A DNA stretch of 64,000 nt, taken from Rhodobiaceae bacterium. Lineage in GTDB: Bacteria; Pseudomonadota; Alphaproteobacteria; Rhizobiales; TMED25. Within the stretch, counting starts at the first letter, position 1, and each line of letters opens with the position of its first letter. Made by a program: the position numbers and the translations under genes. The stretch lies in the NCBI GenBank assembly GCA_018651345.1, contig JABIEF010000073.1, positions 7,318 through 71,317 on the forward strand. Direction: 5' to 3'. Below, in pieces: positions 1-9,309 of this stretch. The notes beneath the pieces are model-generated. The model was not told the origin of the DNA, searched no databases, and saw nothing but the letters and a program-made list of their open reading frames with translations.

Positions 1-280
1 AATGAAGCTGTGATAAAGTTAAATTAAATCTTTCAGGAAAAAGTTCCATAAATTTCTTATCTGCAATCATTCCATCCCTATATTGATGGACGACATATTT
101 AAGAGAATTACCTAACTCTCTTAATAATTCATGTCTACCAAGCCAGAATTGAGACCAATTTCCTAAATTTATATTCCCATCCCATACTTCACGAGGATAT
201 TTATCTAAAAGATCTTGAAGAGACTTAGGGAGCCCACTTCTTTCATTTAAATAATCATTATTTTTAATATTATTAGACAT
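1..280 (-). CDS. Hemerythrin/HHE-domain-like protein, 5' part (runs off the window start; not in ORF track)
   Basis: Manual translation from ATG at 280: MSNNIKNNDYLNERSGLPKSLQDLLDKYPREVWDGNINLGNWSQFWLGRHELLRELG..., open to position 1. The R.GLP..L..L..YPR..W and FWL.RH pattern recalls alphaproteobacterial hemerythrin-domain proteins; the HHxxE motif would lie outside the window. Confidence 0.6.
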   Translation of the reverse strand, partial: MSNNIKNNDYLNERSGLPKSLQDLLDKYPREVWDGNINLGNWSQFWLGRHELLRELGNSLKYVVHQYRDGMIADKKFMELFPERFNLTLSQLH

Positions 281-380
281 ACTCTCAACTACTTTCGTAA
301 ATTTTTATAAAAAATGTATGTTATGAAGACACATCTTATAGCATAATTTGAATGTTTTTTTATATTTTTTTAAAAAAAAA

Positions 381-395
381 TTAACCCTTTATTAA
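381..395. promoter_or_regulatory. Candidate CtrA box (TTAA-N7-TTAA); second near-match TTAA-N7-TTAC at 443-457
   Basis: TTAAcccttTaTTAA upstream of the pleC-like gene. The context fits, but the AT-rich background makes chance matches likely. Confidence 0.35.
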
Positions 396-503
396 TAAGT
401 AAAATATTTATATATAACAATAACTTATAATATATTTTTCTATTAATTTTCTATTACCATACACCATTATACTATTTTTTTACTGGACATTTTATGATAT
501 TTT

Positions 504-525
504 CGAATCAATAGTAAGTGATTCG
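504..525. promoter_or_regulatory. Inverted repeat made of two GANTC (CcrM-type) sites in the pleC promoter region
   Basis: CGAATCA-atagtaag-TGATTCG; TGGACA (-35-like) at 484-489; SD GAGGAGG at 555-561. Confidence 0.5.
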
Positions 526-569
526 GTTTAGCGGCAACTAAAATACCGTATCAAGAGGAGGAATGGCTG

Positions 570-2465
570 TTGGAAAATATCCGGCAAGCTGGTTTTATAA
601 ATAGCGATAAACCTAATTATCAACAGGATGTGCTCGGCGGCACTCTAGATAAAAACGGTAGCTATTTATGGATAATTTTACCAGCTTTAATATTAACATT
701 GTTTGTGGCTTTGTGCCCATTGTTTATCAATGGAGACTATAGCTATTTTAACCAAAGCTTCACAGTTAATCTCACTTTGTCTCAAACTCTTCCTATAGCT
801 TCTCTTAGCATAATTATTCTATTACTATTTAATCACATTCAATCGTTAAGAATTAATAACAACAGCATTAAGAAACAAACATCGCAGTATAAAAGCTATA
901 TCGATCTAGCAATGGAAAGAAGCGGTTCTGGATTATGGATTTGGAATATTTCTCAAGGTAAAATATTTTTTCCTCAAGCTATACTCAACATTCTTGGTTT
1001 AAGAAAACAGGAAGGCTATATTACATTTACTACACTCATAGAAATGATGGATGAAAACGGGATTAATTTTTATAAAATTGCAAATAAAATCATAAAAAAT
1101 GAGGAATCGAGCATTGATATAGAGTTTCAACTTAAGCATGCCAATGGTAAATTTATTTGGTTTCATTTGAAAGCAAAATTAGTTAAAAACAAAAATTCAT
1201 CAAGTAAGCACTTGGTTGGAATCATAACAGATATAAACGATCAAAAAAATTCTAAAGATAAAACCTTGAATTCTAATATGAGAATTAGAGATGCGATTGA
1301 AAGTATCCCTGAATCATTTGTATTGTGGGACCACAATAATAAATTAGTTATGTGCAACTCGAAATATAAACAATTCTATTGCCTTGTTTCCAATCTTGTT
1401 CTTCCTGGCACTGATCGTTCTGATGTAGAGAGATTCTCTATAAAGCCTGTAATAAATACAAAAATAAGTGACGATGATACTCATGAAAATTCGATAAATT
1501 ATGAGGTAAAACTAAAAGATGGCCGTTGGCTAAATATATCTGAAAAGAAAACCAAAGACGGTGGTTCTGTTTCCATAGGAAAAGATGTAAGTAATTTAAA
1601 GAAAAACGAATCCAGGCTAATAAAAAGTGAAAATGATTTAATAGATACTGTACACAAACTTGAAAGCTCGAAAAGAAAGCAAGAGCACTTAACCAAGCAA
1701 ATAATTGAACTTGCTGAAAAAAATCAAGACCTAAAAGAAAGGGCTGATGAGTCAAATAAGTTGAAATCTGATTTTATGTTAAACGTAAGTCATGAGTTAA
1801 GAACACCCTTAAATGCAATTATTGGTTTCGCAGAATTCATGAAATTAAATAATATAAATAGTATTGACAAATATAAAGAGTATGCATCTGACATATATAA
1901 AGGTGGTCTAGAACTAAAACATACAATTGAAAGTATTTTAGAAATATCAAATTTAGAAAATAATGAAGTTAGTATTGAAAAATCTAACCAGAAGATTAAA
2001 CCAATAATTGATGCTGTGCTTGATTTATTCAGAGATGATCTAAAAAATAAAAATATCACAATTTACAATAATTTTAATTCAGATGCAGATATTTATTGCA
2101 ATAAAGTAGCTATGAAACAAATAGTCTCAAATATTGTTTCGAATGCAATTAAATTTAATAAAAATGGCGGTAATATAAAGATTGAATCTGAAGATAACCA
2201 GAATACCCTAGATATAATTATTAAAGATACAGGTAACGGCATCTCGCAAAGCTCTATCAATTATCTTTACGAACCTTTTGGCAATATAAACAATCCAATT
2301 ACAAAGAATAAAGAAGGTATTGGCTTAGGGCTTCCTATCACCAAGTCTTTAATTGATATTCATAACGGAGCAATCGATATAAAAAGCAAAAGAGGAGAAG
2401 GTACAATGGTTACAATATCCCTGCCTATGATAAAACAAAAATATAATCTTAAAGCAACGGGCTAA
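570..2465 (+). CDS. pleC: PAS-domain sensor histidine kinase, PleC-like
   Basis: Two N-terminal TM segments, PAS domains (GLWIWN; RDAIESIPESFVLWD), H-box NVSHELRTPLNAIIGF, N-box NAIKF, DTGNGI and GIGLGL boxes; TTG start 8 nt after GAGGAGG. Confidence 0.75.
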   Translation: MENIRQAGFINSDKPNYQQDVLGGTLDKNGSYLWIILPALILTLFVALCPLFINGDYSYFNQSFTVNLTLSQTLPIASLSIIILLLFNHIQSLRINNNSIKKQTSQYKSYIDLAMERSGSGLWIWNISQGKIFFPQAILNILGLRKQEGYITFTTLIEMMDENGINFYKIANKIIKNEESSIDIEFQLKHANGKFIWFHLKAKLVKNKNSSSKHLVGIITDINDQKNSKDKTLNSNMRIRDAIESIPESFVLWDHNNKLVMCNSKYKQFYCLVSNLVLPGTDRSDVERFSIKPVINTKISDDDTHENSINYEVKLKDGRWLNISEKKTKDGGSVSIGKDVSNLKKNESRLIKSENDLIDTVHKLESSKRKQEHLTKQIIELAEKNQDLKERADESNKLKSDFMLNVSHELRTPLNAIIGFAEFMKLNNINSIDKYKEYASDIYKGGLELKHTIESILEISNLENNEVSIEKSNQKIKPIIDAVLDLFRDDLKNKNITIYNNFNSDADIYCNKVAMKQIVSNIVSNAIKFNKNGGNIKIESEDNQNTLDIIIKDTGNGISQSSINYLYEPFGNINNPITKNKEGIGLGLPITKSLIDIHNGAIDIKSKRGEGTMVTISLPMIKQKYNLKATG

Positions 2466-2484
2466 AAAAATAATAATTATAAGA

Positions 2485-2943
2485 TTAAGTCTTACTCTTC
2501 TTATTTTTGGTTAGAATAAATAATAATCCCATCACAAAAAAAACAAACGGAGATAACCATAAGAAGATTGTATATTTTTTAAATAGAGGCTTCATAAGAA
2601 CAAAATCTCCATATCTATCATGTACATAATCTATAATCTCATCATTGCTTTTACCGTCTATTAATTGACTCCTAACTAATAATCTCATGTCTTTAGCCAA
2701 AGGTGCATTTGATTCTAAAATACTTTGATTTTGACAAACTAAACATCTCAATAAACCACTTATCTCTCTTTCTCTTTCCATAAGCTCTATATTAGTATCC
2801 TCTGTATCAAGATACGAAGCTTTTAAAGAATCTGCCTCAAAAAATAAAAAATAAAATAATATTAGAAAAAAAATCTTAATATACTTACACAAACTAGATC
2901 GATCGATAAGCATAAGATATAAAAATCTAAAATTAACCATCAT
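2485..2943 (-). CDS. ccmH: Cytochrome c biogenesis protein CcmH/CycL
   Basis: LRCLVCQNQSI motif, RYGDFVL, C-terminal TM; follows ccmF. Confidence 0.92.
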   Translation of the reverse strand: MMVNFRFLYLMLIDRSSLCKYIKIFFLILFYFLFFEADSLKASYLDTEDTNIELMEREREISGLLRCLVCQNQSILESNAPLAKDMRLLVRSQLIDGKSNDEIIDYVHDRYGDFVLMKPLFKKYTIFLWLSPFVFFVMGLLFILTKNKKSKT

Positions 2944-4871
2944 GATTTCAATCTTTTTTTGTTATCAACAAGTGATACTAATCCACCAAAGGCCATCAGA
3001 AACCCGCCTAACCAAATTAATTTAACAAAAGGTTTATACGAAATTGAAGCGACAACATATTCTTCATTAATATCGCTTAGCGTTATATATATATGGCTGA
3101 AGAAATATCTATAAATTCCTGCTTCAGTTGTCATTGTATCTTGAGATCTATAAAATCTTTTTGTGCTTGATATATCTCCTATTTTATCTTCTGATTTGTA
3201 TATTATAAAATTCGCAACTATCTCATCATAATTCTTTCCAATATTCGGCTTAATTCCAATATATTGAATTTGGAAGTTATCTAATTCTATTTTTTCATTT
3301 AATTCAAAAACTCTATCTACTTTTGTTTCATATGCCGTAACTATTGTAACTCCAACAATTAATACACCGAGTCCAGCGTGAGCTAAGTTAGAACCAATCT
3401 TTGATAGCCTTACTCTAGTTATATTCCTTATATATCCCTCCTCGGATAAACCAAATCTTTTGACAATAGTTACAAGAGATCCTGCTATTAACCATAACCC
3501 TAAAGCGATTGAGAAAGGCGCTAAAATAGGACCTTTTTTATCGATAAATGCGTATAGAGAAATAATAAGAACTCCATTAACAATTAAAGCTAGCAATATT
3601 AAATTAATCAGCCTTGATAAATCAGTTTTTTTCCAATTTAGAACTGGTCCTATTGGGACAAAAAACATTAAAATAAATGCAAAAGGCAAGAAAGTGATAT
3701 TAAAGTAAGGAGGGCCAACTGAAATCTTAATTCCACTAATAGTCTCTAACAACAGTGGATATAGAGTTCCAATAAATACTACGCTGCACAGTACAACTAA
3801 TAATAAATTATTCAAAATAATAAGCCCTTCTCTACCTAATTTTCTATACTCAATCAGATAATCTGGTTTAGGGCTTTTTATTGCAAAAATAATTAATGAG
3901 CTAACTGTAAAAAAAGACAATATAAATAACATAAAGAGACCCCTTCTCGGGTCAACTGCAAAGGAGTGAACAGATATAAGAATTCCAGACCTTACTAAGA
4001 AAGTTCCAAGAAGACTAAATAAAAATGTCATTATCGATAATAATACAGTCCAACTTTTTAAACTATTAATGTTTCTTACAACCATTGTAGAGTGCACCAA
4101 AGCAGTACCGGTGAGCCACGGTAACAATGAAACATTTTCTACAGGATCCCAAAACCACCAACCACCCCAACCTAACTCATAATATGCCCACCATGATCCT
4201 ATCGTAATACCAATTGTTAATGCTGACCATGATATCATTGTCCACGGGTACACCCACCTCGCCCATTTAGAGTCAATTTTATTCTCTAATAATCCAGCAA
4301 CAGCAAACGAAAAGACTATAGAAAAACCTACATAACCCAAATACAAGAATGGAGGATGTATAATTAGACCAGGATCCTGTAATACAGGATTTAATCCTAA
4401 CCCATTTAGAGGAATAGGAAATTGGGTTAGAAAAGGATTTGAAGTTAAAATTATAAACAAAAGAAAAGCTAAAGTAACAAGGGATTGAATCCCCAAAACC
4501 CTTACCTTAAGACTTTTATTCATTTCTTGAGAAAAAATAGATATAAGGAATGACATAAACGTCAATATCAAAACCCAGAGTAATATAGAACCCTCATGGT
4601 TTCCCCAAACTCCGGTAATCTTGTAAATCAGAGGCTTTGCCGTATGAGAATTTTGCCAAACATTAATTATAGAAAAGTCTGATATTACATAAGAATATGT
4701 AAGGACAAAATACGAGAATAGAATAAATATAAATTGCATTACGCTAGCAAGTTTGACACTATTATCTGTTATAAAATCCCTTTTCTTAAAATATAAAATA
4801 GCTAATACGATTGTAAGAATAGTAGAAATAAATGCCAGAAATATTGATAATTGTCCAATTTTAGCGATCAT
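2940..4871 (-). CDS. ccmF: Cytochrome c-type biogenesis heme lyase CcmF/CycK
   Basis: WGGWWFWDPVEN (WWD motif), IHPPFLYLGY, SVHSF. Confidence 0.97.
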   Translation of the reverse strand: MIAKIGQLSIFLAFISTILTIVLAILYFKKRDFITDNSVKLASVMQFIFILFSYFVLTYSYVISDFSIINVWQNSHTAKPLIYKITGVWGNHEGSILLWVLILTFMSFLISIFSQEMNKSLKVRVLGIQSLVTLAFLLFIILTSNPFLTQFPIPLNGLGLNPVLQDPGLIIHPPFLYLGYVGFSIVFSFAVAGLLENKIDSKWARWVYPWTMISWSALTIGITIGSWWAYYELGWGGWWFWDPVENVSLLPWLTGTALVHSTMVVRNINSLKSWTVLLSIMTFLFSLLGTFLVRSGILISVHSFAVDPRRGLFMLFILSFFTVSSLIIFAIKSPKPDYLIEYRKLGREGLIILNNLLLVVLCSVVFIGTLYPLLLETISGIKISVGPPYFNITFLPFAFILMFFVPIGPVLNWKKTDLSRLINLILLALIVNGVLIISLYAFIDKKGPILAPFSIALGLWLIAGSLVTIVKRFGLSEEGYIRNITRVRLSKIGSNLAHAGLGVLIVGVTIVTAYETKVDRVFELNEKIELDNFQIQYIGIKPNIGKNYDEIVANFIIYKSEDKIGDISSTKRFYRSQDTMTTEAGIYRYFFSHIYITLSDINEEYVVASISYKPFVKLIWLGGFLMAFGGLVSLVDNKKRLKS

Positions 4872-4903
4872 ATTATACCTAGTATACTTAAATTACTTGT
4901 AGA

Positions 4904-5308
4904 TTATTTTTTTTCGAATATTTCATAAGGCATGTAATTTTCATCATGTTTGGCAATTATTTTATCAGCCAAAAAAAATCCGTTTGCAAACTTACCCTCA
5001 GCAACAACCCCTTGCCCTTCCCTAAATAAATCTGGCAATATACCCTTATAAGAAACAGGTGTATCGTTCTCTAGATCTGTGACAATAAAAGTTATTTTTA
5101 AATTATCTAATTTTAAAATAGAGTTCTCCTTTACCATCCCGCCGATTCTTATTTTCTTTTCTGTATTTATTTTTGGATCCAACAATTCTGTCGGGGTATA
5201 AAAAAAAATAATATTATCTTCAAGTGCCTTTAGCACAAATAAAACACCTAGCGAAGATATAACAAAAACTAGCAAAAGATAGTAAATTCTATTTGTTCTT
5301 TTCGACAT
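4904..5308 (-). CDS. ccmE: Heme chaperone CcmE/CycJ
   Basis: LPDLFREGQGVVAEG and AKHDENYMP heme-binding motif; start placed at ATG 5308 (MSKRTNR). Confidence 0.95.
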   Translation of the reverse strand: MSKRTNRIYYLLLVFVISSLGVLFVLKALEDNIIFFYTPTELLDPKINTEKKIRIGGMVKENSILKLDNLKITFIVTDLENDTPVSYKGILPDLFREGQGVVAEGKFANGFFLADKIIAKHDENYMPYEIFEKK

Positions 5309-5402
5309 GTCTAAAAATCTTACCAAATTAAAAATATATATATTACATAGCTAAAAAATTATCATTACGTTAGAATATAAAACTTTAGATATTACCTTTT
5401 AA

Positions 5403-5825
5403 TTACTTTTCTATGTAATCTTCTAAGTCACCTTCTATATCAGATTCTGATATTATATTTTTATTATAAACTGAAATATTGGCTTCTTTAACGCTATCAG
5501 CGTTGCCAGAAACCAAAGGATGCCAATCAAATAATTTATCACCTTGAGATATAAGCCTATATGCACAAGTATCGGGCATCCAATCAAGATCTCCTACATT
5601 ATCATGACTAATTTTAATACAATCTTTAACGAGCCTATGTCTATCTTGATAGGAGTTACATTTACAAGTTGTCAAATTAAATAATTTGCATACAACGTTA
5701 GTGTAGTAAATTTCATCAGTATCTTCATCCTGTAATTTTACTAAGCAACATTTACCACAACCATCGCAAAGAGATTCCCACTCTTCTGTATTCATTTCTG
5801 ATAATTTTTTTTCTTCCCAAAACAT
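5403..5825 (-). CDS. ycgN: YcgN-family cysteine-cluster protein (UPF0260)
   Basis: EWESLCDGCGKCC, WMPDTCAYR, WHPLVSG. Confidence 0.9.
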   Translation of the reverse strand: MFWEEKKLSEMNTEEWESLCDGCGKCCLVKLQDEDTDEIYYTNVVCKLFNLTTCKCNSYQDRHRLVKDCIKISHDNVGDLDWMPDTCAYRLISQGDKLFDWHPLVSGNADSVKEANISVYNKNIISESDIEGDLEDYIEK

Positions 5826-5884
5826 TTTTAATAACCAAATATTATTTAAGACTCTATCTAAATTAATAAGCGTTTATTTAGCAA

Positions 5885-6217
5885 CTATAAAATTTCTAAA
5901 AAATCTCTACCATCCTTAGATTCTACGTCTATTATCCATAAGTCACTATCAAATTGTGACTGCTTTTCTAACTCGACCTCTATTTCTTTGTATTTGGTTT
6001 TGTCTACGCACATTTTTTCTATCCACTTTCGATCAAAATTACTTTCGTAATTCATTGGAGCTGGTATTAGTAATCTTATTTTATCAGGTGAAATAATTTT
6101 TATTAAAATCTGTCCTGAATTCTTCTCTCCACGTTTTACTACATAAGCAAATGCATTGTTAATTTGCACAACATTTATATAGGCTTTGGCCCAAATTTCA
6201 GAAATTAATCGCATCAT
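5885..6217 (-). CDS. DUF1491-family protein
   Basis: MRL.SEIW..AY, VVKRG...G.I, FDSDLWIIDVES.DGR pattern; divergent from sufE. Confidence 0.75.
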   Translation of the reverse strand: MMRLISEIWAKAYINVVQINNAFAYVVKRGEKNSGQILIKIISPDKIRLLIPAPMNYESNFDRKWIEKMCVDKTKYKEIEVELEKQSQFDSDLWIIDVESKDGRDFLEIL

Positions 6218-6384
6218 ACTTACAATCAAATACTATAATAATAGTTTATTAATAGCTATATGAGAATATAACAACTAAAGTTACAGTATATAAATTATCC
6301 AAATTATATATTTTGTTTACAATAATTGATAAAATAATATTTATATATACTTTACATGAAATACAATAGAAACGGCATATTTAA

Positions 6385-6801
6385 ATGATAGAATTAAAAG
6401 AAATTATAGATAATTTTGAATATTTAGATGATTGGGAAGATCGTTATAAATATATAATAGAATTAGGCAATTCATTAGAAAATTTTCCAGAAGAATATAA
6501 AAATGAAAAAACAAAAGTTAGTGGATGCGTAAGCCAAGTTTGGATTAGCAGTAAGATAATAACCAAAAAAAATGAAAAAAAAATTTCCTTTAAGGGTGAT
6601 AGCGATGCACACATTGTTAAAGGATTAATAACAATTGTCTTATCAATATATTCAAACAAAACTCCACAAGAAATTTTAAGTTTAAGTGGCGAAGAGATTT
6701 TAAAGAAATTAAATCTGGATGACCATTTATCGCCACAAAGATCAAATGGATTGTTTTCAATGCTTGAGAGAATAAAGAATGATGCGAGAAGCAACTTATA
6801 A
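6385..6801 (+). CDS. sufE: Cysteine desulfuration protein SufE
   Basis: WEDRYKYIIELG, VSGCVSQVW, GDSDAHIVKGL, LSPQRSNGL. Confidence 0.95.
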   Translation: MIELKEIIDNFEYLDDWEDRYKYIIELGNSLENFPEEYKNEKTKVSGCVSQVWISSKIITKKNEKKISFKGDSDAHIVKGLITIVLSIYSNKTPQEILSLSGEEILKKLNLDDHLSPQRSNGLFSMLERIKNDARSNL

Positions 6802-6851
6802 ATAGTAATTAAATTCAATTAGAGTTTAGAAATTTTTTAAAGATTAAAAAT

Positions 6852-7340
6852 ATGAAGTATTTACTACAATTAAGTCTATTTATTTTTTTATTCCTATTCT
6901 GGATAATATTATCAGGAAAAGGGGATATATGGTTAATTGCATCAGGGGCTGTCATATCAATTGCGATTGTAATTATTGCAACATACATCAATTTACTGGA
7001 CGAAGAAGGTCATCCAATTAGAATTCTTCCAAGATCATTTATTTATTGGTTATGGCTATTAAAAGAAATTATATTATCAGCAATTTATTTAAGTAAAATA
7101 ATAATATCACCAAAATTATCTATATCACCGCAATATGTTAAAATTAAATCAAACCAAAAATCATCATTAGGTTTTAGTATCTTTGCTAATTCAATAACAT
7201 TAACACCTGGTACAATTACAGTAATTGCAAAAAATTCAACAAAAGAGATAGACGTGCATGCAATTACCCAAGAAACAGCAAAAAATTTACAAACAGGAAA
7301 AATGGATACAATGGTGTCCTGGCTTATGAGGAACAAATAA
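6852..7340 (+). CDS. mrpE: Mrp/Mnh Na+/H+ antiporter subunit E
   Basis: ANSITLTPGT motif, VHAI. Confidence 0.92.
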   Translation: MKYLLQLSLFIFLFLFWIILSGKGDIWLIASGAVISIAIVIIATYINLLDEEGHPIRILPRSFIYWLWLLKEIILSAIYLSKIIISPKLSISPQYVKIKSNQKSSLGFSIFANSITLTPGTITVIAKNSTKEIDVHAITQETAKNLQTGKMDTMVSWLMRNK

Positions 7341-7610
7341 ATGTTTAGCGTCCCAACTGTCATAATTTTAATATCAATTACGTTAGCGGTTTACAGAGCC
7401 CTTAAAGGACCGACTGTCTTTGATAGACTTCTTGCAGCAAATGTTATTGGCACCGGGACAGTCATGTTTCTTGCGCTTTATGGTTTTTTAACAGGAAGAC
7501 CAGATTTTTTAGACATAGGATTAACTTACTTATTATTAAATTTAGTTGGCACCTTAGCGGTACTGAAATATTTTAGGTATGGCTCACTTGGTCACGGTGA
7601 AGAAGAATAA
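7341..7610 (+). CDS. mrpF: Mrp/Mnh antiporter subunit F
   Basis: R..KGPT.FDR motif, three TMs, 89 aa. Confidence 0.92.
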   Translation: MFSVPTVIILISITLAVYRALKGPTVFDRLLAANVIGTGTVMFLALYGFLTGRPDFLDIGLTYLLLNLVGTLAVLKYFRYGSLGHGEEE

Positions 7611-7611
7611 T

Positions 7612-7956
7612 ATGATTGAGATAATAAAAAATATATTAATATGGGGATGTCTCGTTAGCGGATCATTATTTTTTGCTATAGGTTCAATAGGCCTTATAAG
7701 AATGCCAGATGTTTATACAAGAATTCATTCTGTTTCAATTTTAGATACATTATCCGCAATTTTACTAATTCTTGGGATGGTGCTGTATTCAGGATTGAAT
7801 TTAACATCCTTAAAATTAATAATAATTTTATTTGGTCTTTTGTATATTTCTTCAGTTGCTAGCCATGCTTTAGCTCGGGCTTCAATACATGATGGTATTC
7901 AACCGATAATAAAGCAGTCAGATGGAAAATTAAGGAAGCGATATTCAAGGAAATAA
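7612..7956 (+). CDS. mrpG: Mrp/Mnh antiporter subunit G
   Basis: G..RMPDVYTRIH, SHALARA; start reassigned to ATG 7612, right after the mrpF stop. Confidence 0.9.
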   Translation: MIEIIKNILIWGCLVSGSLFFAIGSIGLIRMPDVYTRIHSVSILDTLSAILLILGMVLYSGLNLTSLKLIIILFGLLYISSVASHALARASIHDGIQPIIKQSDGKLRKRYSRK

Positions 7957-7988
7957 TTAAACTCTTTTTATATATATGGAGAATTAAA

Positions 7989-8522
7989 ATCGAAACTTTT
8001 ATAAATATGATATTATTAACATTGATGGCGATTGTCGTTATAGGAATAATAAGATTTAAAAATCTTTTTAATGTTATAATATTAGGCAGTATTTACAGTT
8101 TTTTAATGGCGTCAATCCTACTAGTACTTGATGCAGTTGATGTGGCACTAACCGAAGCTTCAGTTGGAGCTGGAATATCTACTGTTTTAATGCTCTCGGC
8201 TTTGTATTTAACGAAAAGAAATGAAAATCCACCGATACATAATCAAATTTGGCCGCTACTAATCGCATTAATTACAGGAGCGCTTCTTGTTTTTGGTACA
8301 TACGGTATGCCAGATTTTGGAATTATCAATACACCAATTCATAATCACGTTGGGGGAGAATATATAGCTAGGTCTATATCTGATACCGGCATTCAGAACG
8401 TTGTAACCTCAGTATTAGCTAGCTACCGTGGATTTGATACCTTAGGAGAAGTAACAGTTATATTTACAGCGGCCATTGGAATTATTGCAATCTTAAAAAA
8501 AACCAAAAAAAAGGTTAAATAG
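7989..8522 (+). CDS. Mrp subunit: DUF4040 / MrpA C-terminal-like plus MrpB N-terminal part; start ATC 7989 or ATG 8007
   Basis: A.DVALTEASVGAG and NVVTSVLASYRGFDTLGE motifs; GGAG at 7978-7981. Confidence 0.85.
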   Translation: METFINMILLTLMAIVVIGIIRFKNLFNVIILGSIYSFLMASILLVLDAVDVALTEASVGAGISTVLMLSALYLTKRNENPPIHNQIWPLLIALITGALLVFGTYGMPDFGIINTPIHNHVGGEYIARSISDTGIQNVVTSVLASYRGFDTLGEVTVIFTAAIGIIAILKKTKKKVK

Positions 8523-8531
8523 GGCTTAGAA

Positions 8532-8945
8532 ATGCGATTAGATGTCATACTAAGAATAGCGACTAAGATTTTCTTACCATTTATATTTATGTTTGCGATA
8601 TATGTTCAATTGCATGGTGATTTTGGTCCTGGCGGTGGATTCCAGGCTGGTGTTATCCTTGCTGCTGGGGTTATTTTATACACAATTACTTTTGGAGAAA
8701 GAAAAGCAAAAGAATATTTTCCTGAAAAATTATTTGAAATAATGATTCCAGTTGGAGTACTGGTATTCATACTAACGGGGGTATATAGCCTTATTCATGG
8801 ATATAATTTTTTAGACTATGAAGCTATTTCTCACCATGGCACACATGGTCAACACTTAGGTGTATTAATAGTCGAAATGGGTGTATTAATTACAGTTTCT
8901 GGATCGATGGTTACAATATTTTATAATTTTATTAATAGAGACTAA
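8532..8945 (+). CDS. mrpB: Mrp/Mnh antiporter subunit B
   Basis: HGDFGPGGGFQAG motif, E.GV in the last TM. Confidence 0.92.
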   Translation: MRLDVILRIATKIFLPFIFMFAIYVQLHGDFGPGGGFQAGVILAAGVILYTITFGERKAKEYFPEKLFEIMIPVGVLVFILTGVYSLIHGYNFLDYEAISHHGTHGQHLGVLIVEMGVLITVSGSMVTIFYNFINRD

Positions 8946-8946
8946 C

Positions 8947-9309
8947 ATGCTTATAATAAATCAATTTATCGCATCTTATAATTATTTTATTATCATTTTT
9001 CTAATGATTGCCGGCTTATATATCGTGGTAGCACGGGGAAATATGATAAAGAAATTAATAGGACTATCGGTATTTCAAACCTCTGTCTACCTTCTGTATA
9101 TTTCACCTGGTAAAATTATTGGTGGAACGGCTCCAATTATTAATGATAGCTATACATTGTATTCCAACCCCTTGCCTCATGTATTAATTCTAACCGCCAT
9201 TGTTGTTGGTATTGCAACATTAGCTCTAGGGCTAAGTTTAACAATTAGAATAAATGAAGAATTTCATACAATAGAAGAAGATGAAATATTTAACAAAGAA
9301 GACCTGTAA
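8947..9309 (+). CDS. mrpC: Mrp/Mnh antiporter subunit C
   Basis: NMIKKLIGL, NPLPHVLILTAIVV. Confidence 0.93.
   Translation: MLIINQFIASYNYFIIIFLMIAGLYIVVARGNMIKKLIGLSVFQTSVYLLYISPGKIIGGTAPIINDSYTLYSNPLPHVLILTAIVVGIATLALGLSLTIRINEEFHTIEEDEIFNKEDL

Noticed and set aside
563-604. Short ATG ORF (MAVGKYPASWFYK) overlapping the pleC start as a possible leader peptide
   Set aside because: The ATG is only 1 nt from the SD; spacing favours the TTG at 570.
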